64,000 nucleotides of DNA, taken from assembly GCA_002457675.1 (NCBI GenBank), contig NTKK01000004.1, positions 91,666 to 155,665 on the forward strand, read 5' to 3'. This stretch comes from Bacteroidetes bacterium MED-G17 (GTDB lineage: Bacteria > Bacteroidota > Bacteroidia > NS11-12g > UBA9320). Below the pieces are notes generated by a model that was given only the letters and a program-made list of their open reading frames with translations, was not told the origin of the DNA and made no database searches. How positions within the stretch are numbered: position 1 is the stretch's first letter; every line of letters begins with the position of its first letter. Below are positions 9,022-19,408 of the stretch, piece after piece. The position numbers and the translations under genes are program-made.

Positions 9022-10242
9022 TCAGACCCTCCTGTGTGCAGGTATGCTAGGTGGTTCTCCACTAAAAGGGTTACTCCTTGACAATGACATGGTATGTAAA
9101 CTACTGGCCCTTTGCAACTTATGCTGACCAAACCGTATTTTCATCTTATCCATCGCCTGATAAAGTTTTAGCAACTCTACGCTATCTTCAAACATATTAA
9201 TTTGATGGCCGCCCCCTACCAAATGGCTCATACGTACGCCAACTAATCGAATCAACAAACGACGCTCAAAGAGTTTGTCAAAAATATCCATTACATATTG
9301 TGTTAAAGTATGGTCAGAAGCACTATAAGGAATATATTTTTGCTTGCTATATGTTTGAAAATCTGCGTAGCGAATCTTTACCGTTACGCAAGATGTAAGT
9401 TTATCCCCTCGTCGAAGTTCAAAACAAAGTTGCTCTACCATGGCCCGTAATTGATTTTTAATCATTTTTACATCGATACTATCCCGTTCAAACGTACGCT
9501 CAGTAGAAATACTTTTTCTTTCGTAATGAGGGACAACGGGACTATTGTCAATGGCATTGGCTTTTTGCCACATAACAATACCCTGTTTACCAAAGGCATT
9601 TTCCATCATTTTCATAGGCATTTCTTGTAAAGTTTTGATGTACTTCACACCCATTCTATTTAGGTTATAAGCAGTTTTTTCACCTATCATAGGTATTTTT
9701 TGGACGAGCATGGGGGCTATAAATGTTTTTTCTTGTCCCTTTTTTACATCAATTTGATTATTTGGTTTTGCTTCACCAGTAGCTATTTTGGCCACAGTTT
9801 TGTTGATCGACATCCCAAATGATATAGGTAGAGAGGTTTCTCTAATAATTTTGGTTCTTAATTCAGAAGCCAATTTATACGAACCAAAAAAATGATCCAT
9901 ACCTGATAGGTCTACATAAAATTCGTCTATTGATGTTTTTTCAAACAAAGGAACCTGCTCTTTTACCATTTCTGAAATAATTTTTGAATAGTAGCTGTAT
10001 TTCGCAGAGTCTCCGCGCACTACAATGGCTTCAGGGCAGAGCTGTTTGGCCATTTTCATACTCATTCCAGAACTTACACCCATTTTTCGAGTTTCGTAAC
10101 TACAAGAAGCCACTACGCCTCTTTCTGAAGTCCCTCCTACCAAAACTGGTTTGTTCTTCAACCTACTATCTATAAGCCGCTCTACTGAAACAAAAAAAGT
10201 ATCTAAGTCCATGTGGACAATTATTCTATCTACATTTTTCAT
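9022..10242 (-). CDS. dinB: DNA polymerase IV (Y-family translesion polymerase)
   Basis: 406 aa. N-terminal IIVHMDLDTFFVSVE (the catalytic D-x-D-xFF motif), and palm, finger and little-finger sequence throughout. Confidence 0.9.
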   Translation of the reverse strand: MKNVDRIIVHMDLDTFFVSVERLIDSRLKNKPVLVGGTSERGVVASCSYETRKMGVSSGMSMKMAKQLCPEAIVVRGDSAKYSYYSKIISEMVKEQVPLFEKTSIDEFYVDLSGMDHFFGSYKLASELRTKIIRETSLPISFGMSINKTVAKIATGEAKPNNQIDVKKGQEKTFIAPMLVQKIPMIGEKTAYNLNRMGVKYIKTLQEMPMKMMENAFGKQGIVMWQKANAIDNSPVVPHYERKSISTERTFERDSIDVKMIKNQLRAMVEQLCFELRRGDKLTSCVTVKIRYADFQTYSKQKYIPYSASDHTLTQYVMDIFDKLFERRLLIRLVGVRMSHLVGGGHQINMFEDSVELLKLYQAMDKMKIRFGQHKLQRASSLHTMSLSRSNPFSGEPPSIPAHRRV

Positions 10243-10334
10243 TTTTAGATATTTTAATTATCATAAAATTATTATTTAATATAACAATAAAAGAAAGACA
10301 AAAGCTAAAAGAAAATAATTTACTTTGCGAGTGA

Positions 10335-12569
10335 ATGGCAAATGGGTTAAACAATAAAGGAAAATTTGGAACTGCACCAGTTTTCCTAACAGCCATTAGC
10401 ACCATTTTAGGTGCTATCATGTTTCTACGATTTGGCTATGCGGTGGGCGCAGTAGGCATTTTGGGTACAATGCTCATTGTATTAATTGGGCATCTTGTTA
10501 CCATCCCAACGGCCTTATCGCTTGCTGAAATTGCAACCAATCAAAAAGTAGAGGGTGGCGGAGAGTACTTCGTAATCTCAAGAAGTTTTGGTTTAAGTAT
10601 TGGTGCAGCAGTTGGGATAGCGCTTTACCTATCTCAGGCAGTCAGTGTAGCTTTCTACATCATTGCATTTGCAGAAAGCTTCGCACCTTTAATGGATTTT
10701 GTGAACGAACAGTATGGATTGTGGATTCACATTGGAAGCACAAAAAAGCTGATAGGCATCGTTGTGACCTTGCTTTTGGCCCTACTTATGATCACAAAAG
10801 GTGCCAACTTCGGCATGGGACTTCTTTACATAGTAGTTGGTATATTGGCATTGGTTTTGGTTTTATTTTTTATGGGAACTTCCATACACACAGGCCATGT
10901 GCCTTTTAAAGTGCTTCAAAATGATAATTTCTTTAAAGTTTTTGCCATTATTTTTCCCGCATTTACAGGCATGACAGCAGGTGTAGGCTTATCAGGTGAT
11001 TTAAAAGATCCAAAAAGATCTATTCCTTTAGGAACTATTATGGCCACTGTTATTGGAATGATCATTTACTTGTTTATTACCCTTAAAATTGGCAATTCAG
11101 CCTCTTCAGAAGTCTTGATGTCTCCTGATAATCAATTGATCATGGGTGACATCGCCTTAATTGGCTACATTATGATACCCATTGGATTAGCCGCTTCAAC
11201 CATAAGCTCTGCGCTCGGAAGTGTCATGGTCGCACCAAGAACATTAAACGCCATAGCAGCTGATCGAATCATCCCCTCGCCTCGCTTAAATCGCTGGCTG
11301 GCATTTATAAAAAAAGACAACAATGAACCAACCCACGCAGCTATTGTAACAAGTGCTATTGCATTTGTTTTTGTTTTTCTAGGTGATGTTGATGTAGTAG
11401 CAAAAATTATTTCGATGTTTTTCATGGTTACCTATGGGGCATTAAATCTAATAAGTCTTTTAGAAAATTTCGCTGCTAACCCAGGCTATCGTCCTGCATT
11501 TAAAAGCAAGTGGTATATCTCTTTAATTGGAACAGTTATGTGCATTTGGCTAATGTTCAAAATGGATGCAGGCTACGCATTTTTATCTATAATCATCATG
11601 GTGGGGATTTATTACTTTTTAAACCGACATCAAAAGAAAAGTGATCTGGCCAGTATTTTTAGCGGAGTTATCTTTCAAATAAGCCGAAATATAAATGTTT
11701 TTTTACAGCGAGTAAACAAAGGTGAAGAAGAGCAAGTTGATAGCTGGAGGCCTTCTGTTGTGTGTGTTTCTAAAAATAGTTTTGAAAGATTTGCAGCTTT
11801 TGATTTGTTGAGATGGATTTCACATAGAATAGGCTTCGGAACTTATATTCATCATATAGATGGATACCTATCCAAAGAGACAAATGAAGAGGCACAAAGG
11901 TCTATGCAACGATTAATCCACATGAATGAGGTTTCTAAGAGTAGTGTTTATATGGATACATTGGTAAACTCGGAGTATGCTGCATCTGTTTCTCAAGTAT
12001 TACAACTACCTGGTGTTTCTGGCAAAGAAAACAACATGATGCTGTTTGAATATGCTAAAAACAAGCCCGATAATTTGGAAGAAGTTATTGAAAATTTAGG
12101 CTTGGTGAGGTCTGTAGGTTTTGATACGTGTATTTTAGGTAGTTCTGATAAAGACTTTGGATTCAATAATGAAATTCACGTTTGGATTACGTCAAATGAT
12201 TATGCCAATGCAAATCTTATGATCTACCTCGCTTATATCATTTTGGGACACCCGGACTGGAAAAATGGCCTTATTAAACTCCACGCAGTTTACCCCAAAG
12301 AGGAAATTGAAAACCAACGAGCGAAGATTATGGATATGGTAAATACAGGTCGCCTGCCTATATCAGCCAATAACATAGAAATTATTCCACTTGACCAAGA
12401 TCGAAGCATCAAAGATGTTGTAAATAGCAAATCGAAAGATGCAGATCTAACCATTTTGGGCTTCCGCTTTGAAAAAGTTAAAAATAGCGGTATGGAACAT
12501 TTTGGTGGATTTGAAGGCATCGGTGATACACTCTTTGTTAGCGCAATCAAAGAGAAAGAAATCAAATAG
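10335..12569 (+). CDS. APC-superfamily permease with a long C-terminal cytoplasmic domain (amino-acid permease / SLC12 cation-chloride-cotransporter-like)
   Basis: 744 aa. The N-terminal ~450 aa has about 12 TM helices and amino-acid-permease signatures (GAIMFLRFGYAVGAVG, GGEYFVISRSFG). It is followed by a ~290 aa soluble domain, as in SLC12/CCC-type transporters. Confidence 0.7.
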   Translation: MANGLNNKGKFGTAPVFLTAISTILGAIMFLRFGYAVGAVGILGTMLIVLIGHLVTIPTALSLAEIATNQKVEGGGEYFVISRSFGLSIGAAVGIALYLSQAVSVAFYIIAFAESFAPLMDFVNEQYGLWIHIGSTKKLIGIVVTLLLALLMITKGANFGMGLLYIVVGILALVLVLFFMGTSIHTGHVPFKVLQNDNFFKVFAIIFPAFTGMTAGVGLSGDLKDPKRSIPLGTIMATVIGMIIYLFITLKIGNSASSEVLMSPDNQLIMGDIALIGYIMIPIGLAASTISSALGSVMVAPRTLNAIAADRIIPSPRLNRWLAFIKKDNNEPTHAAIVTSAIAFVFVFLGDVDVVAKIISMFFMVTYGALNLISLLENFAANPGYRPAFKSKWYISLIGTVMCIWLMFKMDAGYAFLSIIIMVGIYYFLNRHQKKSDLASIFSGVIFQISRNINVFLQRVNKGEEEQVDSWRPSVVCVSKNSFERFAAFDLLRWISHRIGFGTYIHHIDGYLSKETNEEAQRSMQRLIHMNEVSKSSVYMDTLVNSEYAASVSQVLQLPGVSGKENNMMLFEYAKNKPDNLEEVIENLGLVRSVGFDTCILGSSDKDFGFNNEIHVWITSNDYANANLMIYLAYIILGHPDWKNGLIKLHAVYPKEEIENQRAKIMDMVNTGRLPISANNIEIIPLDQDRSIKDVVNSKSKDADLTILGFRFEKVKNSGMEHFGGFEGIGDTLFVSAIKEKEIK

Positions 12570-13848
12570 TCTTATTTCTCAGCTTCCAGAAGTAGTAAAA
12601 AGACTTTGGATTGAGCTTGTTTTTTTTCAGCTTCCTTCTTTTTCCAACATATATCCCATAAGGCACTTCCTTGAATTTTAGCAGCTCTGCAATTTCCATA
12701 TTTGAATACGCAATTGGCCAAGATATCTTGTCAAAATATTGCATTAGTCGCACTGTTTTGTGATCATCTCCATGGTTAAAAGTAATCAATTCTATTTCAC
12801 TAAATTCATTATTTATTTTATTTAGATATGTAGTGTCTTCTGTGGTAAGACTTTCCTTGTCCCAAAAGAAAAAATAACAGTTTTTTCGCCAAAACTTTTT
12901 ACTTTTTTGAATTTCTAACGCAAAATTGGTGTACTTAAACTTAGGAATTTTTTTGCCTAATGGCAAAACATTTGCTCCGACCATGTCAGGCAGGTATTGC
13001 AAAACTACTCTTCGACCATTTGAATCAATTTTTTTTACTTGATAAATCTTTTCATTCCACGCTAAATTGGCGTTTTTTGGTACCTTAGCTAACGTTTGGA
13101 AATCTTGTGTATTTACTTCTTTACCATAAGGCCCGATGTAGATCGCATCATATTCATTTTGATTAAAAAGACCATCGGTATTTCTGTCTTTTAGCGCTAA
13201 AGTAAAAGAATCATTGCCTAAACGATAATTTCCAGCAAGTGTGTTTAATCGAGTAGCTTGATAGCCAAAGTATATTTTACTGAATTTTTTGTTACCGCTA
13301 TGTTTTTCGTAGTGCTCTTGCAGCAAATTGTAATATCTAGGGTTTTTGGAGTATTCAATCTTTGACAACTTCACCACATGCTTTGCAGAAGAATTGTAGA
13401 TATTTTCTAGTTCAATAAAAATCTCTTTATCTTTTTTTAAAAAAACGATTGGTGGTCCATCGTCTGTAAGGTCCAAATTATTGTTTCGGTCAATATGCAG
13501 TACTCTATTTTTATACGAGGAATTGAAATGCTCAATTAGCATCAAAAGGTAACCTTGATTGGTATTATTATCTGCTCCAGAAAAGTATAGGAAAGTGTAT
13601 CCTGTTGACGCTGTCCTAAAGTTTTTCGGCAATTTTCTTATCTGAAGTGTGGGTAGGTTTTTTGCTGCAATACCAAATTTACTGTATGATTCAATCTTAT
13701 TGCCTTCGTAGTGAAATACAGGAAGTACAGCTTGACTTTTTCTAATTTGGTCATCATAAACCCTGTGGTCTAAATGAATTTCAAAATTGGTCTGCGCCGA
13801 TAAGGTTCCAACCAAACAAAATAGCAGGATGGTGAACCCTTTTGTCAT
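12562..13848 (-). CDS. Hypothetical secreted protein / lipoprotein with a C-terminal thioredoxin-fold (TlpA-like) domain lacking the CXXC motif
   Basis: 428 aa. Signal peptide MTKGFTILLFCLVGTLSA. The C-terminal ~120 aa (KKFWRKNCYFFFWDKES...LITFNHGDD...VPYGIYVGKRRKL) aligns by eye with the TlpA/ResA layout, but the FWASWCGPC redox motif is replaced by FFFWDKES. There is a 1-nt gap to the upstream peptidase gene. Confidence 0.45.
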   Translation of the reverse strand: MTKGFTILLFCLVGTLSAQTNFEIHLDHRVYDDQIRKSQAVLPVFHYEGNKIESYSKFGIAAKNLPTLQIRKLPKNFRTASTGYTFLYFSGADNNTNQGYLLMLIEHFNSSYKNRVLHIDRNNNLDLTDDGPPIVFLKKDKEIFIELENIYNSSAKHVVKLSKIEYSKNPRYYNLLQEHYEKHSGNKKFSKIYFGYQATRLNTLAGNYRLGNDSFTLALKDRNTDGLFNQNEYDAIYIGPYGKEVNTQDFQTLAKVPKNANLAWNEKIYQVKKIDSNGRRVVLQYLPDMVGANVLPLGKKIPKFKYTNFALEIQKSKKFWRKNCYFFFWDKESLTTEDTTYLNKINNEFSEIELITFNHGDDHKTVRLMQYFDKISWPIAYSNMEIAELLKFKEVPYGIYVGKRRKLKKNKLNPKSFYYFWKLRNKTI

Positions 13849-13849
13849 T

Positions 13850-14533
13850 TTACCTTCTGTTTAGGTAAATTGAAATATAATAAAGTAAGGTAGCTAAGGA
13901 ACCTATTGCAGCAACTACATAAGTCATCGCAGCCCATTTCAGAGCATTTTTACTCATGCTATGTTCTTGAGAAGTCACGATACCCTTCTCGTCTATCCAT
14001 GCAAGCGCCCTTCTACTAGCATCAAATTCTACAGGAAGCGTAATGAAACTAAAAAGTGTTGTTAAAGCAAACAAAATGATGCCCAAAAGAAGAATAGAAG
14101 AGCCAAGAGGCATATTTAACATCAATAAACCAGCTATGATAACCCACTGCATATATCGGGAACTTACACTAACCAAAGGCACCAACTTACTTCTCATTTC
14201 GAGCCAAGCGTAAGCGGTAGCATGTTGCACTGCGTGACCAACCTCGTGCGCTGCAACAGCTGCAGAAGCTGCATTTCTTTGATGATATACTGATTCACTA
14301 AGATTTACTGTTTTTGTTTTTGGATTGTAGTGATCCGTTAGCTGCCCATTGACTTGTACTACTTGAACATCATAAATGCCATGATCTTGGAGCATCTGTT
14401 CAGCAATTTCACGACCGCTTCTGTTGCTTCTTAAGGGGGTTTGTGCATATTTTTTAAACTTAGACTTCAAGCGCCCTTGAACAATCATACTTATCAGCAT
14501 GAAAACTATTCCTATTAAATACATTCCACTCAT
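13850..14533 (-). CDS. Membrane-bound neutral zinc metallopeptidase (YpfJ/COG2738-like)
   Basis: 227 aa. HEVGHAVQH zinc-binding motif, an N-terminal TM, and two further TM segments. This matches the predicted Zn-dependent protease family. Confidence 0.7.
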   Translation of the reverse strand: MSGMYLIGIVFMLISMIVQGRLKSKFKKYAQTPLRSNRSGREIAEQMLQDHGIYDVQVVQVNGQLTDHYNPKTKTVNLSESVYHQRNAASAAVAAHEVGHAVQHATAYAWLEMRSKLVPLVSVSSRYMQWVIIAGLLMLNMPLGSSILLLGIILFALTTLFSFITLPVEFDASRRALAWIDEKGIVTSQEHSMSKNALKWAAMTYVVAAIGSLATLLYYISIYLNRR

Positions 14534-14574
14534 TATGTTATAAACAGCAAATATTGTTCTTTATTGAGAATATG

Positions 14575-14736
14575 TCAGCTTGTCATATATCTTATCATCA
14601 AAACTACCAGTGCTGCAACAAAAATCAGCAGAGATATTTTATTGATGCCATGCATCATCTTGATGTTGACGTTGTCTGTATTTTCTTCTTCCTTTCTAAA
14701 GCTTAGATAGCCGAGTATTTTTTTGATTACTTTCAT
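14575..14736 (-). CDS. Small membrane protein (53 aa), apparently translationally coupled to purD
   Basis: Not in the ORF track (<60 aa). Its ATG overlaps the purD TGA stop as ATGA. Translation is MKVIKKILGYLSFRKEEENTDNVNIKMMHGINKISLLIFVAALVVLMIRYMTS, with one C-terminal TM helix. Confidence 0.4.
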   Translation of the reverse strand: MKVIKKILGYLSFRKEEENTDNVNIKMMHGINKISLLIFVAALVVLMIRYMTS

Positions 14737-15995
14737 AATATATCTTTACCAATATCTTTTCTGTAATAACAATCTTCGAATGAAACCTGCTTGAGTTGCT
14801 GATAACATTTTTTCAAAGCATCTTCTTGGTTCAATCCAAATGAAGTGCTAGACAAAACCCGCCCACCATTCGTAAGCAACTTATTATCAACTATTTTAGT
14901 GCCTGCATGAAAGATTATTTCGTCAACTTCATTAATTGTAATCTCTTTAAATTTTTTATAGGCTTCTGGATAACCGCCACTTACTGCCACCACAGAACAA
15001 CAAGAAGTTGGACTTATCTCTAAATTAAGCGCGTTCAATGTGCCATTTTTAACTGCTAAAAGCATGTTGCTTGCAGGAGTTACAATTCTAGGTAAAACAG
15101 ATTGGGTTTCAGGATCTCCCATTCGAGCATTGTATTCAATAACATATGGTTCACCATCTACCTCGATCATTCCAAAAAACAAGAAACCACAATAATTTAA
15201 CTTTCGGTCTTGAATGCCTTTGAGTGTTGGTTCTATAATCTGTTTTTCAACTTTTTCTTTCAACTTATTGTTAAAAAAAGGAACTGGGCTAATACTTCCC
15301 ATACCACCTGTATTCAGCCCTGTATCACCCTCTCCTATTCTTTTGTAGTCTTTAGCCTCGGGCAACAAAAGATAGTCTTTCCCGTTGGTGAAAATGAAGA
15401 CTGAAAATTCTTTGCCAAGCAAAAAAGCTTCAATAAGCACTCTCTCTGAGGCAAGGCCAAATCTTTGGTTAATTAACATGTCTTGAAGTGCATTTTTTGC
15501 CTTATTCAAATCTTCTATTATGAGCACACCTTTTCCTGCGGCTAAGCCGTCCGCTTTAAGAACATAGGGCGCGGTCATGCCCTCTAGAAATGCATAAGCT
15601 TCATCCAAATTGTGTGCATCAAACGACCTGCTTTTCGCACAAGGCACTTTATATTGACGCATAAATTCTTTTGAAAATGATTTGCTCGCTTCAAGCATGG
15701 CTCCAGACTTGTGTGGGCCAAGGACAAAAGTTTCGCTTTGCTTACTTGAGAAATAATCTGCTATTCCATCTACCAAGGGTTGTTCAGGACCAGGAATCAA
15801 AAAATCGATTCCTCTTTGCTTACAAAATGAAAAAATTTCCTCAAAACTGTTATCCGAAAATTCAACAGACTCCGCCAAATCGCCTGTTCCACCATTGCCG
15901 GGAGAAACCCACAATTTCGCTATATTTTCATCTTTAGAGAGCCAATGCAACAAGGCATGTTCGCGGCCACCGCTACCCAAAACCAGTATCTTCAT
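14733..15995 (-). CDS. purD: Phosphoribosylamine--glycine ligase
   Basis: 420 aa. MKILVLGSGGREHAL, ATP-grasp motifs, and a full-length PurD pattern. Confidence 0.93.
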   Translation of the reverse strand: MKILVLGSGGREHALLHWLSKDENIAKLWVSPGNGGTGDLAESVEFSDNSFEEIFSFCKQRGIDFLIPGPEQPLVDGIADYFSSKQSETFVLGPHKSGAMLEASKSFSKEFMRQYKVPCAKSRSFDAHNLDEAYAFLEGMTAPYVLKADGLAAGKGVLIIEDLNKAKNALQDMLINQRFGLASERVLIEAFLLGKEFSVFIFTNGKDYLLLPEAKDYKRIGEGDTGLNTGGMGSISPVPFFNNKLKEKVEKQIIEPTLKGIQDRKLNYCGFLFFGMIEVDGEPYVIEYNARMGDPETQSVLPRIVTPASNMLLAVKNGTLNALNLEISPTSCCSVVAVSGGYPEAYKKFKEITINEVDEIIFHAGTKIVDNKLLTNGGRVLSSTSFGLNQEDALKKCYQQLKQVSFEDCYYRKDIGKDIL

Positions 15996-16058
15996 TTTTA
16001 AAAACTCAAATAAAACATTTTTACAAGAATGCTTGGCACAATTTGTGCATCCTTTTAT

Positions 16059-16066
16059 TAGGTTTG
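16059..16066 (+). promoter_or_regulatory. Possible Bacteroidota-type -7 promoter element (TAnnTTTG) upstream of secA
   Basis: TAGGTTTG lies 28 nt upstream of the secA ATG. A TTTG at 16042-16045 is only 13 nt upstream, which is shorter than the usual ~19-21 nt spacing. This is a weak call. Confidence 0.2.
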
Positions 16067-16093
16067 TAGTTCCCTTCGGAACAAGTTAAAGGC

Positions 16094-19000
16094 ATGATAG
16101 GAAAGCTGTTAAAAGGTATTACAGGATTCAAAAATAAATCAGAAAGAGACGTAAAAAATCTCCAACCGATTGTAGACGAAATTAACCAACATTATATTGA
16201 ATATCAAGGTCTTGACAATGATTCTCTACGTAAAAAAACAGAAGAATTGAGGTCCATTATCGCAAAAAAACTTGGTGAAACTGATGCCCAAATACAAGAC
16301 TTAAAATCAAAAATAAAACTTGAGTGGGCCTCCAATGTTGAAGAAAAAGAACAAGCTTACGAGCAAATAGACAAATTGGAGGACGATAGAAACGACCTAT
16401 TGGAAGAAGTTCTCGAAGAAATTTTACCCCAAGCCTTTGCGATTATAAAGGCCACTGCAAGAAGATTCAAAGAACTTGATGAAATAGAAGTTCGTGCAAC
16501 GGACTTTGACAAGGTTCTTGCTCTGGAAAAAAAACACATCACAATTAGAGGAGATAAAGCCATTTATCAAAATGAATGGGAAGCGGCAGGTGCATTAGTC
16601 AAATGGAATATGATTCATTACGATGTTCAACTAATAGGCGGCATTTCTTTGCACCAAGGTAAAATAGCAGAAATGGCAACTGGTGAAGGAAAAACCCTTG
16701 TATCTACATTGCCGGCTTACCTCAATGCGCTCGCCGGTCGTGGTGTACATATAGTAACAGTAAACGACTACCTTGCACGTAGAGATTGCGAATGGAATGC
16801 ACCTATATTTCAATTTCATGGGCTACGTGTTGACTGTATTGATTATTATAAGCCGCACTCTCCTCAAAGAAGAGAAGCTTATAAAGCAGATATAACTTAT
16901 GGAACCAATAATGAGTTTGGTTTTGACTACCTGCGCGACAACATGGCACATCAACCGGACGAATTGGTTCAAAGAAAGCATCACTACGCCATGATAGATG
17001 AGGTAGACTCTGTACTGGTTGACGATGCTCGAACGCCGCTCATCATCTCTGGCCCTGTGGAAAAAGGAGACCAGCACCAATTTATGGACCTCAAACCAAG
17101 AATTCAAAAGCTGGTAGATGCACAAAAAAGAATAGCTGTAAAAAGCTTAAACGAGGCAAAAAAGCTAATCAAAGAAAATAAAACGGGAGAAAAAGACGGA
17201 GGTCTTCATCTGTATAGAGCTTTTAGAGGGCTCCCAAAAAATAACGCACTTATCAAGTTTTTAAGCGAAACAGGAATGCGCACACTCTTGCAAAAAAATG
17301 AAAACTATTTTCTGCAAGACCAACAAAAAAATATGCACATCATTGACGAAGAACTTTTCTTTACAATAGATGAGAAGAACAACCAAGTAGAGCTCACAGA
17401 CAAAGGCGTGGAAATGATTACAAAGGAAGGAGAAGACAAAGACTTTTTTGTGATGACAGATGTAGGCGCAGAGATGGCAGAATTAGAAAAAGAAAGTCTT
17501 TCGGAAAAAGACAAAATCAAAAGAAAAGATGCAATCATGCGTGACTTTTCAGTAAAAAGCGAGCGCATTCACTCTGTCAACCAACTTCTTAAAGCTTACA
17601 CCCTATTTGAAAAAGATGTAGAATATATTTTACAAGACAACAAAGTAAAAATCGTAGATGAACAAACAGGTAGGGTTATGGAGGGGCGAAGATATTCCGA
17701 TGGACTTCACCAAGCCATTGAAGCAAAAGAAAATGTAAAAGTCGAAGCTGCTTCTCAAACTTACGCAACTGTTACATTACAAAACTACTTTAGAATGTAC
17801 CACAAACTCTCGGGTATGACAGGTACTGCCGAAACAGAGGCTGGGGAGTTTTGGGAAATTTATAAACTTGACGTTGTAGTCATCCCAACAAATAAACCTA
17901 TCGTGCGTGATGACCGACACGATTTGGTTTACAAAACCAAACGTGAAAAATATAATGCAGTAATAGAGGAAGTGAAAAAACTAAGTGCAGAAGGTAGACC
18001 CACCTTGGTTGGAACAACATCTGTAGAAGTATCAGAAACACTAAGTAGAATGCTGAAACTACGGAAAATAAAACACAATGTTTTGAATGCCAAGCAACAT
18101 CAACGCGAAGCAGAAATCGTGGCAGAAGCAGGAAAAAAAGGTGCAGTGACCATAGCAACCAATATGGCGGGAAGGGGTACCGACATCAAACTTTCAGACG
18201 AAATAAAGTCTCTCGGAGGCTTAGCCATCATTGGTACAGAGAGACATGATTCACGACGAGTGGATCGCCAATTAAGAGGTCGTTCAGGAAGACAAGGTGA
18301 TCCTGGAAGTTCGCAGTTTTACGTCAGTCTTGAAGACAACCTTATGCGTCTTTTTGGCTCCGAAAGAGTAAGTAATATCATGGATAGATTTGGTTATGAG
18401 GAAGGAGAAGTAATCCAGCACTCAATGATTACCAAAACCATTGAAAGATCCCAGAAAAAAGTTGAAAATAACAACTTCGGCATAAGAAAAAGACTGCTCG
18501 AATACGACGACGTTATGAACAAGCAAAGAGAAGTTATTTATGCAAGAAGACGAAATGCTTTGTATGGAGAACGCATGTCGGTTGATATTAACAATGCACT
18601 TTATGATTGGGTTGCAGAAACCGTCCCCAATTTTAAGGATGCCTCTGACTTTGAAGGCTTTCAACTAGAAGTTTTAAGAAACCTGGCATTGGAAACACAA
18701 ATAAATCATGACGATTTTTTAAATAAAAATGAAGAAACGCTAACCCAATTGGTTTTCAATCAGCTTTCTCAAGGATATCAAAGAAAAAATGAGCAGGTTA
18801 TTGAAGAAGCGCTGCCGGTTATTTCCAATATTTTCAAACAAAACAAAGAAGAAGCCGAAAATATAGTTGTTCCATTTTCAGATGGCATCAAAGGGGTTAA
18901 TGTAGTGACGCCTATGAAAGAAGCTATAGAAACTGAGGGACAAGCACTCATTAATGCTTTTGAAAAATTTGTTGCACTATCAAGTATAGACAATCACTGG

Positions 19001-19408
19001 AAAGAGCATCTCCGAGAGCTTGATGACTTAAAACAGGCAGCCAATACAGCCAGTTATGAACAAAAAGATCCTTTATTAATTTACAAACTAGAATCCTTTA
19101 ACCTGTTCAAATCTATGATGTATGAACTAAATGGCGAAGTATTGTCTATGTTGTTTAAAGGAAACTTACCAAAGCAATCTCCTCAAGTACAACAAGGTGC
19201 AAACCAGGGCAAAAGACTCAGCGATAGTAGGCTGCAAACCTCTAGGAAGAGTGATTTACCCACAGCACAAAACCAAACTCAAGACAATAGCCAAACACAG
19301 GAAAAAGAAAAAATACCAGTAAAGGCTGCAACCAAAGTGGGCAGAAACGATCCTTGTCCTTGTGGCAGTGGGAAGAAATACAAAAAATGCCATGGTGCAA
19401 ATGCTTAG
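16094..19408 (+). CDS. secA: Preprotein translocase ATPase SecA
   Basis: 1104 aa. The DEAD-like motor ([29 protein letters not shown]) and a C-terminal zinc finger [14 protein letters not shown]. Confidence 0.97.
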   Translation: MIGKLLKGITGFKNKSERDVKNLQPIVDEINQHYIEYQGLDNDSLRKKTEELRSIIAKKLGETDAQIQDLKSKIKLEWASNVEEKEQAYEQIDKLEDDRNDLLEEVLEEILPQAFAIIKATARRFKELDEIEVRATDFDKVLALEKKHITIRGDKAIYQNEWEAAGALVKWNMIHYDVQLIGGISLHQGKIAEMATGEGKTLVSTLPAYLNALAGRGVHIVTVNDYLARRDCEWNAPIFQFHGLRVDCIDYYKPHSPQRREAYKADITYGTNNEFGFDYLRDNMAHQPDELVQRKHHYAMIDEVDSVLVDDARTPLIISGPVEKGDQHQFMDLKPRIQKLVDAQKRIAVKSLNEAKKLIKENKTGEKDGGLHLYRAFRGLPKNNALIKFLSETGMRTLLQKNENYFLQDQQKNMHIIDEELFFTIDEKNNQVELTDKGVEMITKEGEDKDFFVMTDVGAEMAELEKESLSEKDKIKRKDAIMRDFSVKSERIHSVNQLLKAYTLFEKDVEYILQDNKVKIVDEQTGRVMEGRRYSDGLHQAIEAKENVKVEAASQTYATVTLQNYFRMYHKLSGMTGTAETEAGEFWEIYKLDVVVIPTNKPIVRDDRHDLVYKTKREKYNAVIEEVKKLSAEGRPTLVGTTSVEVSETLSRMLKLRKIKHNVLNAKQHQREAEIVAEAGKKGAVTIATNMAGRGTDIKLSDEIKSLGGLAIIGTERHDSRRVDRQLRGRSGRQGDPGSSQFYVSLEDNLMRLFGSERVSNIMDRFGYEEGEVIQHSMITKTIERSQKKVENNNFGIRKRLLEYDDVMNKQREVIYARRRNALYGERMSVDINNALYDWVAETVPNFKDASDFEGFQLEVLRNLALETQINHDDFLNKNEETLTQLVFNQLSQGYQRKNEQVIEEALPVISNIFKQNKEEAENIVVPFSDGIKGVNVVTPMKEAIETEGQALINAFEKFVALSSIDNHWKEHLRELDDLKQAANTASYEQKDPLLIYKLESFNLFKSMMYELNGEVLSMLFKGNLPKQSPQVQQGANQGKRLSDSRLQTSRKSDLPTAQNQTQDNSQTQEKEKIPVKAATKVGRNDPCPCGSGKKYKKCHGANA

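Noticed and set aside
8894-9127. 77-aa plus-strand ORF
   Set aside because: It is a translation straight through tRNA-His and its terminator hairpin. This is non-coding.
10226-10420. 64-aa minus-strand ORF in the dinB/permease intergenic region
   Set aside because: It overlaps the permease start, has low complexity and no support.
15996-16093. Purine/ZTP riboswitch upstream of purD
   Set aside because: No conserved riboswitch sequence motifs were recognisable in the 98-nt purD-secA intergenic region.
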